From a virus (lineage: Duplodnaviria > Caudoviricetes), in IMG/VR virus record IMGVR_UViG_3300013947_000024, positions 32,001-96,000 of that record: DNA of 64,000 bases, one strand, 5' to 3'. Position 1 is the stretch's first letter; the number at the start of each line of letters is the position of its first letter. The notes below the pieces were generated by a model that saw only the letters and a program-made list of their open reading frames with translations, made no database searches and was not told where the DNA came from. The position numbers and the translations under genes were made by a program. Below, in pieces: positions 1 to 10,451 of this stretch.

Positions 1-65
1 CCATGATTTACGCTAACGACAACGATGTCTTTGTGGATGCGGAAGACTTTGTAGAAATTGACTGA
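1..65 (+). CDS. 3' end of a CDS entering the window (hypothetical)
   Basis: Open frame ...MIYANDNDVFVDAEDFVEID* ending in TGA at 63-65. Confidence 0.5.
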   Translation, partial: MIYANDNDVFVDAEDFVEID

Positions 66-83
66 GGAAATTCTTAAAAGTAG

Positions 84-112
84 TTGACAAACAATCCCTC
101 TTGTGATACAAT
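84..112 (+). promoter_or_regulatory. sigma70/sigmaA-type promoter
   Basis: TTGACA (84-89), 17-nt spacer, TACAAT (107-112) with an extended -10 TG; AGGAGG RBS at 121-126. Confidence 0.8.
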
Positions 113-131
113 AGAACCATAGGAGGGATTT

Positions 132-617
132 TTGATGAAACTCGTACACACCGACCATCTTTTAGAGATGGCGAATATTCGCGGGAAGGATATGAAGAGA
201 GAGGATATTCACTTCTCTTTCTTCTTCTCGCGCAAATATCCTAATCACGCTCCCAGAATCAAGATTTGCTGGAACAGAGAAAAGATGACTCATGATACAG
301 GTAATCTTGAAATTCATGGTGATTACGCCTATACACAGGATTCTTCTTGCAGGTATAAACCAGATACGGTTGATATTGCTACGGCTCGGTATTTTGCAAA
401 GAAGTACAAAGTCCTTTTGACTGCTGTATGGGAAGAGAAACTCGACCCTAACGATTTGATCGACTGGTTCAGAGAGAGAATCGGCTGGAAGGAACTTATG
501 AGTTGCTTTGTCAATATCGACCCAACCATGTCAAGACTTCTTCTATGCGTAGCGCCGAGTGTGAGTAATCTGGAGCTGTTTGTACGCGAGCACAACCTTT
601 GGAATCTATACGACTAA
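132..617 (+). CDS. Hypothetical protein (H-x-P-R-I-K motif, DUF4160-like)
   Basis: 161-aa ORF with strong RBS and promoter; N-terminal LLE-MAN motif. Confidence 0.7.
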   Translation: MMKLVHTDHLLEMANIRGKDMKREDIHFSFFFSRKYPNHAPRIKICWNREKMTHDTGNLEIHGDYAYTQDSSCRYKPDTVDIATARYFAKKYKVLLTAVWEEKLDPNDLIDWFRERIGWKELMSCFVNIDPTMSRLLLCVAPSVSNLELFVREHNLWNLYD

Positions 618-636
618 TTAAACAGGAGATATAATT

Positions 637-1356
637 ATGAAACTTCTTAAAGAAGAGAAGCTCGACAGAAAGCAGATTGCTATTGAAGAGCTTGCCAAGA
701 AACTTGAACTTGACCCGAAGACGCTTAAGGCGGAGGAAGAGCGTTCGGATAATCAGTACATCTACTATACCGTAGAGACGGAAGACGGTGAGAGATATGT
801 GGTAGCAGATCATGTAACAGCGGAAGATCTTGCCAAGTCAGATGTTAAATCCGTTGTTGATGACCTCGGTATTGAATCTTTTACGAAAGAGTATCAGAAA
901 AAGATTTTCGATAAATTCGCAGATGAAGAGCCTTTTCGTCAAGCGTTTGATGAGTCGTATCGTTCTTATATTGAAGATATTAAGAGCGAAGATGACGACG
1001 AGTACGAAAATCGTTTTGTAAGAGAGCTTGTTGAAAATGAGATTGTCTCTGATGATGATCTTGTGGAAAACGAAGACGGACTTCTTGCTCTGAAAGAAGA
1101 CGCTGATGAAGACGACCTTGTTGACCGCTTTGTTGACGCTATGGCTAATGCGTGGAATTATGATTATGTCAATTGGATGAAGACTGAATTTGGTCTTGAT
1201 GAAGTGACTCGTTTTATTAAAGAGACCGACGCTGTTGATTGGGACGCAGTTGCCAAGGACGCTGTTGATGTTGATGGCATTGCTCATTTCGTAGCCTCTT
1301 ATGACGGCGAAGAGCTTGAACTTGGCGCTGATCTTTACGCATACAGAATTGACTAA
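637..1356 (+). CDS. Acidic hypothetical protein, candidate internal head protein
   Basis: 239-aa ORF, AGGAG RBS, very D/E rich, starts MKLLKEE. Confidence 0.75.
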   Translation: MKLLKEEKLDRKQIAIEELAKKLELDPKTLKAEEERSDNQYIYYTVETEDGERYVVADHVTAEDLAKSDVKSVVDDLGIESFTKEYQKKIFDKFADEEPFRQAFDESYRSYIEDIKSEDDDEYENRFVRELVENEIVSDDDLVENEDGLLALKEDADEDDLVDRFVDAMANAWNYDYVNWMKTEFGLDEVTRFIKETDAVDWDAVAKDAVDVDGIAHFVASYDGEELELGADLYAYRID

Positions 1357-1374
1357 AATAGAGAGGGAGAAACA

Positions 1375-2100
1375 ATGAAACTTAATAAAGCAATTAACGA
1401 AGCCATGGAAGCGAAGCCTTTTGCTATCAGAGAGCCGAAGGTTATTGCGGCTGACAGACAGTCCTATGTAGTGGCTGTTGACGACATCAACAAGGCGGCA
1501 GATGAAGCAGAGAAAGTGAATGCAGAGCTTGAGAAGACCATCGATGATTCTATTGTCCCGAAGGTTACTAAGGCAATGGAGGATAAAGTCCTCTTCCGTA
1601 AAAAGCTTGATGAATCCCTCTTTGACGGCGAAAAGAAATCCGTTGTAGAGAGAATCATGATTAAGCCCAAACGCAAAATTGAAGAGTCGAAAGTTGAAGA
1701 GGAAGTACTCGAAGAGAAGAAGAAAGAGATCGAAGGCGTCCCCGAGGATGTATGGACTGTTGCTTATGACAGACTTTTCCCTGGTAACCGTTTTAAGAAG
1801 CCTCTTATCGCACAGGACATTAAGAAGCAGTATGACCCTTCTCAGTATTATAAGACGGCTGGCTCTATTCATGACATCGGTATCTTTGTGGAATCTCCTG
1901 AAGACGCCGACCTTGCCAAGAAGGTAGCCGACGAGCTCCTGCTTATCAGCACAAAGCCGAAGAAGGTTGACGAAGACAAGTATGCGGTTGTTATCAGAAT
2001 CACAGAGGACGATTTCAATCTTCCCTTTGAAGAGTACTGCAAGAAGTATGGTCTTGATTATTCCGCTATCATTCCTGTCGCTTCTTCTACCAAAGACTAA
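1375..2100 (+). CDS. Hypothetical protein, candidate internal head protein
   Basis: 241-aa ORF, GGGAG RBS, motifs INEA, LDES, IEES, LEE. Confidence 0.75.
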   Translation: MKLNKAINEAMEAKPFAIREPKVIAADRQSYVVAVDDINKAADEAEKVNAELEKTIDDSIVPKVTKAMEDKVLFRKKLDESLFDGEKKSVVERIMIKPKRKIEESKVEEEVLEEKKKEIEGVPEDVWTVAYDRLFPGNRFKKPLIAQDIKKQYDPSQYYKTAGSIHDIGIFVESPEDADLAKKVADELLLISTKPKKVDEDKYAVVIRITEDDFNLPFEEYCKKYGLDYSAIIPVASSTKD

Positions 2101-2126
2101 TACTACAACGAGGGAGTGATATAGCT

Positions 2127-2768
2127 ATGTCGATGTTCGACAATTACAAAAACCTTAATCCAGACTATATTCCCGACAACAGAAAAGAAACACTCCCTTC
2201 TTGCAATGTTGAATTCGATGACACTCTCCCTAAAGTCTTAAAGGGCTATTGGGGAGAGCCTATCGGATATACATGGCATTATGGAGATACTTTTACGGCT
2301 CATATCAATCTGAACAAGCTCATTACCATTGACGAGAGCGATATTGTATATACGGAAGCAGGAGAAGCGCCCGATGAAAATACAAAGGGAGAATTTCTCC
2401 AGAGCATCTACAATACATACGACCTTAAAAGATGGGTTTGTATGTCTATCGGTCAGTCTGTTTATACATGGAAAGAGATGATCCCCTTCTCTTATCCGCA
2501 ACACGCCAAGAAGCAAGTATATCTTCAAGACGCAAGAGCGTATGAAGGTAAGCCTCTTATCTTCTCTATTCTTAATTTCAGAGGCGAGCCTCTTTATACC
2601 ATAGAGATAGAAGGAACGCAGATTGCAGATATTACCATTGACGAAGAGACTGCTAAGAAACTTATTCCTGGACTTTATAGAGCGTACTTTGTTTCCGACA
2701 ATGACCTTACTGTAAAGACTGTTAAGAGCTTCCAGATTGAAGTCTTGGGCGAGAAAGGAGTTTTCTAA
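2127..2768 (+). CDS. Hypothetical virion protein
   Basis: 213-aa ORF, GGGAG RBS, coupled to the next gene (TAATG). Confidence 0.7.
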   Translation: MSMFDNYKNLNPDYIPDNRKETLPSCNVEFDDTLPKVLKGYWGEPIGYTWHYGDTFTAHINLNKLITIDESDIVYTEAGEAPDENTKGEFLQSIYNTYDLKRWVCMSIGQSVYTWKEMIPFSYPQHAKKQVYLQDARAYEGKPLIFSILNFRGEPLYTIEIEGTQIADITIDEETAKKLIPGLYRAYFVSDNDLTVKTVKSFQIEVLGEKGVF

Positions 2769-3154
2769 TGTTTCAGATTGCACAAGATAATTCTGTCCGC
2801 CTTTCCAGAGGAGATTATGTTGTCTTCTCATGCTTCATCAATGCGGGGAATAAACTGACACTAAGGCGATATACTCTTAATGCAGATAATGAGGCAAGAA
2901 AGGGAGATATTCTCTATTTTGCTATTATGGAGCCTAACCATAAGTTTGAAGACGCAATTGTGAAGAAGACATTTACCGCTGATTCTCCTACAAACGAATT
3001 TGGAGATACTCTTATTGAACTTAAACCAGAAGACACCGAGAATCTTCTCACTGGTCTTTACTATTACACCGTCAAGCTCCAGAGGTTTGCTGATGATGGC
3101 TCGTATTATGTAGACACTATCATTCCTGACAGGCGCTTCGTCATCGAGGATTAA
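2768..3154 (+). CDS. Small beta-rich protein, BppU N-terminal-like
   Basis: 128 aa; pattern RLSRGD...LKPEDTENLLTGLYYYTVKL resembles BppU-type modules. Confidence 0.55.
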   Translation: MFQIAQDNSVRLSRGDYVVFSCFINAGNKLTLRRYTLNADNEARKGDILYFAIMEPNHKFEDAIVKKTFTADSPTNEFGDTLIELKPEDTENLLTGLYYYTVKLQRFADDGSYYVDTIIPDRRFVIED

Positions 3155-3273
3155 GCCACAGGAGGCGTCAGAATTGGCTCTGTTGGGCGTTTGACTATTT
3201 GTTGGTGTAGTAAATAGACTACGCAACAAATCGCAATACGGAGAGTTTTAGAGCCTCTCACGCTAAACCAATC

Positions 3274-3325
3274 AAGACTGTATATTTATGCAGTGCGACG
3301 CATATTTATACAGTCTTTTTCTTTT
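3274..3325 (+). terminator. Intrinsic terminator
   Basis: Stem AAGACTGTATA / TATACAGTCTT followed by a T-run. Confidence 0.6.
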
Positions 3326-3379
3326 GTCTTTCGACACACCAACAAAGAGTGTCAATTTAATAAAACCGTGAAGAGATAG

Positions 3380-3395
3380 CGACAAAATCTATTAG
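3380..3395 (+). promoter_or_regulatory. Candidate phage late-promoter motif, copy 1
   Basis: CGACAAAATCTATTAG; the motif recurs at 24060, 27138, 32166 and 43469. Confidence 0.6.
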
Positions 3396-3433
3396 AAAAA
3401 TAAAAAATATTTTTGGAGAGAGGAGATTCGTGT

Positions 3434-3745
3434 ATGGACAATCAAGTTCTTATGATTATTCTCGATGTGCTGGCGGCTATTGCTATTCTTATCCCTGTTG
3501 GATATAGCATTTTCCGTGTAGTCTCGAAGGCTTTCAAGGACAAGGATTATGCTAAACTTCTCTCTAATGCACTTGATCTTATCGTAGTTGCAGAAGAGAA
3601 GTACAGCAATGGAGAAGACAAGAAGAAATTTGTTCTTGATATGCTTTCCGAGATTGCCAAGAAGGCAGGAATTAAGTACGACGCTGATAAGCTGTCTGCT
3701 ACAATTGACGAGATTATTGCACTCAGCAAGAAAGTAAACAAGTAA
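3434..3745 (+). CDS. Holin (LL-H-like)
   Basis: N-terminal TM helix, VVAEEKYSNGEDKKKFV motif; ATG at 3434 after AGGAG. Confidence 0.7.
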   Translation: MDNQVLMIILDVLAAIAILIPVGYSIFRVVSKAFKDKDYAKLLSNALDLIVVAEEKYSNGEDKKKFVLDMLSEIAKKAGIKYDADKLSATIDEIIALSKKVNK

Positions 3746-3812
3746 CCAAGCAAGGGTAGAGAAAATCTTATCATCTCTGCCCTCTTTTCTTAGAGACGAA
3801 AGGGACAATACG

Positions 3813-4190
3813 ATGGGCGGAGAAATTTTTTGGGAAATTGTTCGTGCCTCTGCGGCACCTATTGCAACAGCTATTGTAACATTTCTCATTACTAAAATCA
3901 GAGCTATTGATAAGCAGAGACAAACCGAACGGGAGATTGCCGAGCGCATGAAAAAAGAGCAGACAGAAACGACGGAGAAGCTGACTGACAGTATGAAGGT
4001 TCTTTTAAGACGCACAATCAAAGAAGATTGCGAGGAATATCTTAAAAGAGGGTTCTGTTCTGTTGAAGAAAGAGAAGAGCTTGAAGAGGCATATAATCTC
4101 TATACTGGCTTTGGAGGGAACCACACAATTCCTCAGTATATGAAGAGGATTGAAAAACTTCCTTTTCACGATCAAAACGCAACACACTAA
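3813..4190 (+). CDS. Holin-associated membrane protein
   Basis: N-terminal TM segment and C-terminal Y..Y..GGN motif typical of lysis-cassette proteins in Bacillota phages. Confidence 0.55.
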   Translation: MGGEIFWEIVRASAAPIATAIVTFLITKIRAIDKQRQTEREIAERMKKEQTETTEKLTDSMKVLLRRTIKEDCEEYLKRGFCSVEEREELEEAYNLYTGFGGNHTIPQYMKRIEKLPFHDQNATH

Positions 4191-4213
4191 TCCCACAAGA
4201 AGGGAGATTAAAC

Positions 4214-6940
4214 ATGAATCAAGACAATATGCTTTTCGGTCAACTTAACCAAGAGATCGAATTGCTTGAATATATCGGGGAAGACACTGATACGGCTAAG
4301 GTTACTGTCGATGGAAAAGCACAGGCAATTGCTGTTGATGTTAAGAAAGTACCGAACAAACTTGTTATCACGGAAGATAGCACAGGAGAAACTCTTATAC
4401 ATGAGTTCGATGGCTCTTCTGAAACTCTTGTAGATCTGACTGGATATGCAAAAGAGGAAGCGACACAAGAAAAACTTGATGCTAAAAGAGACAAGATTGT
4501 AAGAGATGAGACACAAGACCCTCAGTATACTCTTGTCTATTCGCAGAACACTAACGGAGTAGAATCTTCTATCCCTACTACGACCTCTGCTGTTGCTGGA
4601 TCTATTCCTATCCGTAATGCTAACGGAAACTTAATCGGTTACCAAGCACAAGGGCAGGAATACACGCCGTTTTCTCAGGTAGATGCAATTGCTAAAACCA
4701 AGGTCGCAAAGATCACAATACCCAGTGGTAATCCTGCAAAAGTATATGGAGCCAACTCTGCTGGCGAGACCTCTATTCCTGTAGACAAATCCGCTTTAGC
4801 TGATGCTATTGCATGGAGAAACGCAAAGGGGAATCTTGTTGGCAACGACGCCACTGCTGATAACGAGTACACCATTTTATCTCAGGTCAACGCAATTACC
4901 CAAAAAGAAGTAGCAGACTTAGGAGCGGACATCGACGGTAGGCTTTATGAAGTAGAAGAAGATGTACAGACCAAGTATGATAACAGTGTCCATAGAACAA
5001 AGTTGCCTTCGAATCAGGCGGCAAGAGTATACACCGAATATTATGATACTGCAACAGGCACATCTAAGCAAGGGAGTACCGCATATAGTCCCAGTGCTCA
5101 GGCTGGGTACTTTGCTATGCGTACTTCTAACGGACAGCTTAATGCCCCTAATCAGGCTACTTATGAACCGAGTGATGATCAATTCGTTTCTAAGAGATTC
5201 ACCAGCGCTCATTATGTTCCTATAAATGGGAATAGTACAATCACTGGTAATCTTGCTATTACTGGAGATTTAGCTGTATCTGGTACAACTACAACTGAAC
5301 ATCAGAGTCAGCTTTTTGTAGATGCAAATGTCATTGCCACTAACTCTAACAAACAACCTCTTCAGACTGCGTTGTCTGGTCTTGCGATTAACAAGAATGA
5401 AACTTCGACCTATGGTATCATGTATGATCCTTCTGATGATACTGTGAAATTTGGAGAAGGCACTCTTGACGCTGATAATAAGTTTGTGTTTAATACCGGT
5501 GAAGGACACCCTCTTGCTATTCGCGCAGATAGTTCTAAATTCACCGATACTCATCTTGTAAAATGGGATGCAGATTCTATGAGTTTTGTGGATGCGGGCA
5601 TTTCTCTTCTTGGCGGAGACAATGACGCAAAGGAAGCGATTCAGCAGAAGAAACAAACAGGGACTAAGGGAGATGTATTCTATAATACCATTGTAGGATA
5701 TGCGATGAACGATCCCGAAGGGAAAACTGTTGGATTTGATGCGTATAATAAGTATATAGACCCGATCACACACCGAGAAGAAGATAGCGCTACGCCAATT
5801 CTGAATACAGCCGATTACTCCACTGTACTTGGTGGCATTTCCGAAAATACAGCTGGAGAACCTACCGTTGTTCGTCCGCAATGGTCAAGTGACGCAACAA
5901 TCTCTTTTATTGCAGGAAAAAGAAATATTAACTTCGGCAAACATAACGCAATCTTCAATACAGACAATATTGCTTATGGCGCTGACTCATTTATCGCTGG
6001 ACTTCAAAATATTGCCGTTCAAGATGCTGTCAGTATGCTTGGAATGGGACTTATCGCAAATAAGTACGGACAGGTCGTCGTTGGTAGGTGTAATGAACCA
6101 GATGACAGCGCTCGTTTCATTGTTGGCGGTGGATGGCAAGCCGTAAGAGTCGACGGAACCAATCCCGACGGTTCTAAAAGATATGTTCTCGACTCAATTA
6201 CTCGTAAGAACCTTCTAACCGTTAACGATGATGGCGATACGCATTCTTCTGGCAGAATGATTGCTGATGGTGCACCAGTCGGAGATACAGATGTTACGAG
6301 GCTGAAAGAGCTCAATGGTGTCAAGGAATCCCTTTCAGATGATATAAACACCGCTATTACAACCGAAACTGATAGAGCTAAGGAAGAAGAAGAGAAACTT
6401 CAAACCAACATCAATGGCAAGGTAGATAAACTTCTCAAAGATGATCTTACTACCAGAGTATATGCGCAGGAGAAAGATGGAACAGAGACTTTCATTGTCG
6501 CCTCTGTTAATGCTGATGTTAATACCATTCCTTTAAGAGATGATAAAGGAAATATTACTGCTCCTGATCAGACCACCGATGCTCCTGCTGGAAATCAGTT
6601 CATTTCTCTTGATTATGCAGATGGCAGGTATGTTAAGGGCGCGCTTCCTACTATTGGTACCTCTACATCTTCAACCGATCTTAAGAAGATTGTTTATACT
6701 GCCGATGCAGATATTCCCGCTACTCCAGAAGAAGGGGTAGAGTATGCGGTCACTGATTTTATTAGTGAAGCCGATCTTGATAATGCTCTTGCTACTAAAA
6801 TCAATAATGCTCAAGAGAAACTTACTTTTGATACTACTCCTACTTCTGGCTCTACTAATCCCGTTACTTCTGGAGGAATTTATGATGCTATCTCTAAATT
6901 CCTTACTATTCAAGTTTCAGATAGCCTGATGGGAGGCTGA
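4214..6940 (+). CDS. Tail fibre/adhesin-like protein
   Basis: 908 aa, T/G/S/D rich; IPxRxxNGNL repeats, ITGNLAITGDLAVSG beta-repeats, YadA-like region shared with 8490-10451. Confidence 0.7.
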   Translation: MNQDNMLFGQLNQEIELLEYIGEDTDTAKVTVDGKAQAIAVDVKKVPNKLVITEDSTGETLIHEFDGSSETLVDLTGYAKEEATQEKLDAKRDKIVRDETQDPQYTLVYSQNTNGVESSIPTTTSAVAGSIPIRNANGNLIGYQAQGQEYTPFSQVDAIAKTKVAKITIPSGNPAKVYGANSAGETSIPVDKSALADAIAWRNAKGNLVGNDATADNEYTILSQVNAITQKEVADLGADIDGRLYEVEEDVQTKYDNSVHRTKLPSNQAARVYTEYYDTATGTSKQGSTAYSPSAQAGYFAMRTSNGQLNAPNQATYEPSDDQFVSKRFTSAHYVPINGNSTITGNLAITGDLAVSGTTTTEHQSQLFVDANVIATNSNKQPLQTALSGLAINKNETSTYGIMYDPSDDTVKFGEGTLDADNKFVFNTGEGHPLAIRADSSKFTDTHLVKWDADSMSFVDAGISLLGGDNDAKEAIQQKKQTGTKGDVFYNTIVGYAMNDPEGKTVGFDAYNKYIDPITHREEDSATPILNTADYSTVLGGISENTAGEPTVVRPQWSSDATISFIAGKRNINFGKHNAIFNTDNIAYGADSFIAGLQNIAVQDAVSMLGMGLIANKYGQVVVGRCNEPDDSARFIVGGGWQAVRVDGTNPDGSKRYVLDSITRKNLLTVNDDGDTHSSGRMIADGAPVGDTDVTRLKELNGVKESLSDDINTAITTETDRAKEEEEKLQTNINGKVDKLLKDDLTTRVYAQEKDGTETFIVASVNADVNTIPLRDDKGNITAPDQTTDAPAGNQFISLDYADGRYVKGALPTIGTSTSSTDLKKIVYTADADIPATPEEGVEYAVTDFISEADLDNALATKINNAQEKLTFDTTPTSGSTNPVTSGGIYDAISKFLTIQVSDSLMGG

Positions 6941-6946
6941 TGATTT

Positions 6947-7867
6947 ATGAGTTATAAGAAAGTATTGATTACTGGATCAGACGGTTCTTATTGTACAAGT
7001 TATAAAAAAGCATTGATTGCGAATACAAAGAACCTCTTTAATCCTGCTACGGCTAATATTATAGATCATACAACTTATTTTACCCCCACAGGTGGCTCGA
7101 CTACTCATTTCTATAAAATGGCGGTTGAAGCAGGGACAACCTATTATGCGTCATTTGATTTATATGCTCAAGGAGCTAATGAACTAGGATTAGGCATTCA
7201 AACAGGAGATCACTATAGAGATGGTGAGCAACTTGCGATCAATTTAATTGGGCAAGAATCTACCAAAGGATTCGTTCGACATACTGTAAAATTTACAGTC
7301 CCCGCTGACATTACGGAGGTCACTTTTTCAGGATTGCTACCTAATCAATATCGCAACTTCCAAATTGAAAAAGGTGATAGTGCTACTTCTTATGTTCCTT
7401 ATGGATATCTAAATGAAACAAAATCTGCTCTTATCACTCCGACAATCAATCTATTTGATGAAAGTAAAATCATTAAAAAAATCCAACATGATGGCTACTG
7501 GACTTCTTCAGCTGATATTTCTGGAACAACGGGTCACTTTTATGTGATGACAGTTGAACCTAATACGACTTATACTGTTATAAGCGGCTGCTATAATTCT
7601 ACGGCAGGCGACAATAATTTGCTATATTCGGTACAAGTTGGCAACAGTTTCTATGATTATACTACAAGACTTGTCACAGGTCTCGTAGCTTCTTCAAACA
7701 AAGGCTGGAATCGGAGACCATATACTTTTACTGTTCCTGCCAATGTTATGGAAGTCACATTTTCTGCTTTTACTACTACGCAATTTAGGGGGTTTATGGT
7801 GATAAAAGGAAATATCCCTACTGCGACTGCAATTAAACAGCCATACATTCCATATCAATACATTTAA
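6947..7867 (+). CDS. Virion protein with two tandem carbohydrate-binding-like domains
   Basis: Internal duplication KNLFN...HFYKMAVEAGTTY...FTVPADITEVTFS / INLFD...HFYVMTVEPNTTY...FTVPANVMEVTFS. Confidence 0.6.
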   Translation: MSYKKVLITGSDGSYCTSYKKALIANTKNLFNPATANIIDHTTYFTPTGGSTTHFYKMAVEAGTTYYASFDLYAQGANELGLGIQTGDHYRDGEQLAINLIGQESTKGFVRHTVKFTVPADITEVTFSGLLPNQYRNFQIEKGDSATSYVPYGYLNETKSALITPTINLFDESKIIKKIQHDGYWTSSADISGTTGHFYVMTVEPNTTYTVISGCYNSTAGDNNLLYSVQVGNSFYDYTTRLVTGLVASSNKGWNRRPYTFTVPANVMEVTFSAFTTTQFRGFMVIKGNIPTATAIKQPYIPYQYI

Positions 7868-7882
7868 GAGAGGAGGAGACTT

Positions 7883-8485
7883 ATGGCGACAGCTTATAAA
7901 AATAAAATATATACTGGCAAAAATATTACTTGGAATCAGTTAATTCAAGATAATACTGGTTTAACCACAAGAACAGTAAATGGAATAACCTATACAAACA
8001 ATAAAGATGGCACATTTACAGTTTCTGGTATTGCTACCACTGTTTCAACTTGTATTGTTGGAAAATTTACAAATCTTGACTCCTCTCATAAATATCTTTA
8101 TTGTGGCACTCCGTATGGTGGAGCGGGTAATACTTATTCAATGAGAGTCTATGCGTCTGGGGTGGGTCAGTCCGTTGCTTCAGACCTTGGAGAGGGTGCT
8201 GTTATTACTGGAACAAGCGCCAATGAGATGAGAGTTGTTATTGCTGGCACAAATAAAGATTTTGGAATCTTGACATTTACTCCTCAACTCTTCGACCTCA
8301 CTCTTATGTTTGGAGCGGGAAATGAGCCTGCAACAGCTACTGAGTTTTGGAGCCATTTTGATAGAAAGTATTATCCATATAATACTGGAGAAAGTCAGCC
8401 TCTCTTCTTGATTAGTAGAAAGAGAAAGATTAAATCAGGCGATGCCACTCTAATAAGTTATAAGACAAAGATAAAGGAGGGATAA
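7883..8485 (+). CDS. Virion/tail-associated protein
   Basis: 200 aa, NGITYTNNKDGTFTVSG and LFDLTLMFGAGNEP motifs; AGGAGG RBS. Confidence 0.6.
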   Translation: MATAYKNKIYTGKNITWNQLIQDNTGLTTRTVNGITYTNNKDGTFTVSGIATTVSTCIVGKFTNLDSSHKYLYCGTPYGGAGNTYSMRVYASGVGQSVASDLGEGAVITGTSANEMRVVIAGTNKDFGILTFTPQLFDLTLMFGAGNEPATATEFWSHFDRKYYPYNTGESQPLFLISRKRKIKSGDATLISYKTKIKEG

Positions 8486-8489
8486 ACGA

Positions 8490-10451
8490 ATGGCAGAAAT
8501 TACAATGAAACCTATTACAAGACAACAAACAAGATATATGACAAGAGCCGAATTCGATGCTCTTGATAAAACTACCGTTTCTGTCGGTACTGAAATTTGT
8601 ATCGTAGATCAAATTCAAAAAGAGGATTTATCTACTGATTTACAAAATGCGATAACCAAAGCGGAAGATTCTCTTTCTGCTACTGGCGGGACTGTATCAG
8701 GTGATCTTACAGTATCTGGAAATCTTACCGTTAATGGCACGACCACAACGATTGAGTCTACTACTCTTAAAGTAAAAGACAAACTTATTGAAGTCGCCTC
8801 TGACAATACCGTTGCTCTTACTACTCCCGCTGGTATGGTTGCTCCTAAATATGACGGAACGAATAGTGGCGCTCTTGTGTTTGACTATACAGGTACTGCG
8901 TATGTTGGTGATGTTACTCTTAATGCGGATGGAAATATTGATGTTGGCTCATCTGAACTTCAGCCTCTTGCTACGAGAAATCTTTCTTCTGATGATGACG
9001 GAAAACTTGTTCAGTGGGACGAGACCAATAAGACACTGGTAGCTTCTACTAAGTCTTTTGATGATGTCAGCTCTGCTACCAATCTTCAGAATGGCACTGG
9101 CACAAATACTCTTCAGCAGGCTCCCGCACAGTCTACATTTATCAATACGATTGTTGGATATACGAAGAACGACTCCGAAGGTTCTACCGCAGGTGTTGAT
9201 GCTTATGGAGCTTATGTAGACCCAGTCATTTACAACGCTACTGACAATACAACAACAGTGGTGAATAGTGGCGAGAATACCGTTATGCTCGGTGGACTCT
9301 CTCATAGTGCTCACGGAGTCCCTACTGCTGTTCGACCTGACTACACAGGAGATGCCACACAATCCTTTATCTTTGGTCGAAGAAATATCAATATCGGAGA
9401 CTATAATGCCGTTTTCAATACAGATAATATTATTTATGGCGATAACTGTTTCGTAAGCGGATTGAGAAATGTTTCTCTCGCTAATGAGACTACTATGCTT
9501 GGTACAGGACTTGTTAGCAATCACTTAAGACAAATTGTTCTTGGATATTGCAACGAACCTGATGACACTTCTCGCTTTATGATCGGTGGCGGTTGGATGA
9601 CCCAACATAAAGACGGAACTAATCCAGATGGCTCCAATAAGTATGTTCTTGATTCTATCACTCGCAGAACAATCTTCAAAGTAAGTGAGACAGGCGATAC
9701 TTATGCTTATGGTAAGATGAGCGCGAGACTGACTCCTACCGATGATATTGATGTTGTTAGACTGCAGGAGTTGAATAATAAGTCAACAGAGTTAAGTACA
9801 CAATTTGATAATAAACTTAATGGCAAACTTGATAAGCTCACTCCAAAAACAAGCAGTTTGTTGTATGGTCTTACTCCCGAAGGTAATAATATCGGATTCT
9901 CTACGGGCACTGCTACTGTGTCGCAGTACGCTATCCCTCAGAGAGGTACAAATGGTCAGATTGCAATGCCTAACCAGATCACCTATGCACCTACTGATGA
10001 CCAAGCTATCTCCAAGAGATTTGCAGATAATACTTATGTATTAAAAGGTGAGTCTCCTTCTGGTTCCTCAGCTTCATGGCATGATACTGCACCATCTGAT
10101 ACGAGCAAAGTGTTAATGACGGAGATCACAATTAATCCAGCTTCTACAGATGAGGCTTATATTTTCCATGACTCTAAGTGCATTGTTGCTGGTTATCAAG
10201 TGAATGCCATCAGAGGAACATTCCCGTTGAGTTATCTCACTGAAGAATCGAGATATTGGTATGGCTCTTTTACTGGAACTGTATCTGCTTCTGGTAGCAC
10301 ATCCACTCTGGTAGGTGCTTCAACTATCTCTCTTGCTGGCGTTGTTAATGCGGCTACTGCTCAGAGCGGTGATACCGCTGGGACAACGACATATGCGTAT
10401 GATGGCGGAGATTATAACGACGCCTCTGTGACGTTCAGATTCTTATATTAA
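8490..10451 (+). CDS. Tail fibre/adhesin-like protein
   Basis: 653 aa; paralogous modules shared with 4214-6940, 15119-17998 and 22704-24017. Confidence 0.7.
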   Translation: MAEITMKPITRQQTRYMTRAEFDALDKTTVSVGTEICIVDQIQKEDLSTDLQNAITKAEDSLSATGGTVSGDLTVSGNLTVNGTTTTIESTTLKVKDKLIEVASDNTVALTTPAGMVAPKYDGTNSGALVFDYTGTAYVGDVTLNADGNIDVGSSELQPLATRNLSSDDDGKLVQWDETNKTLVASTKSFDDVSSATNLQNGTGTNTLQQAPAQSTFINTIVGYTKNDSEGSTAGVDAYGAYVDPVIYNATDNTTTVVNSGENTVMLGGLSHSAHGVPTAVRPDYTGDATQSFIFGRRNINIGDYNAVFNTDNIIYGDNCFVSGLRNVSLANETTMLGTGLVSNHLRQIVLGYCNEPDDTSRFMIGGGWMTQHKDGTNPDGSNKYVLDSITRRTIFKVSETGDTYAYGKMSARLTPTDDIDVVRLQELNNKSTELSTQFDNKLNGKLDKLTPKTSSLLYGLTPEGNNIGFSTGTATVSQYAIPQRGTNGQIAMPNQITYAPTDDQAISKRFADNTYVLKGESPSGSSASWHDTAPSDTSKVLMTEITINPASTDEAYIFHDSKCIVAGYQVNAIRGTFPLSYLTEESRYWYGSFTGTVSASGSTSTLVGASTISLAGVVNAATAQSGDTAGTTTYAYDGGDYNDASVTFRFLY

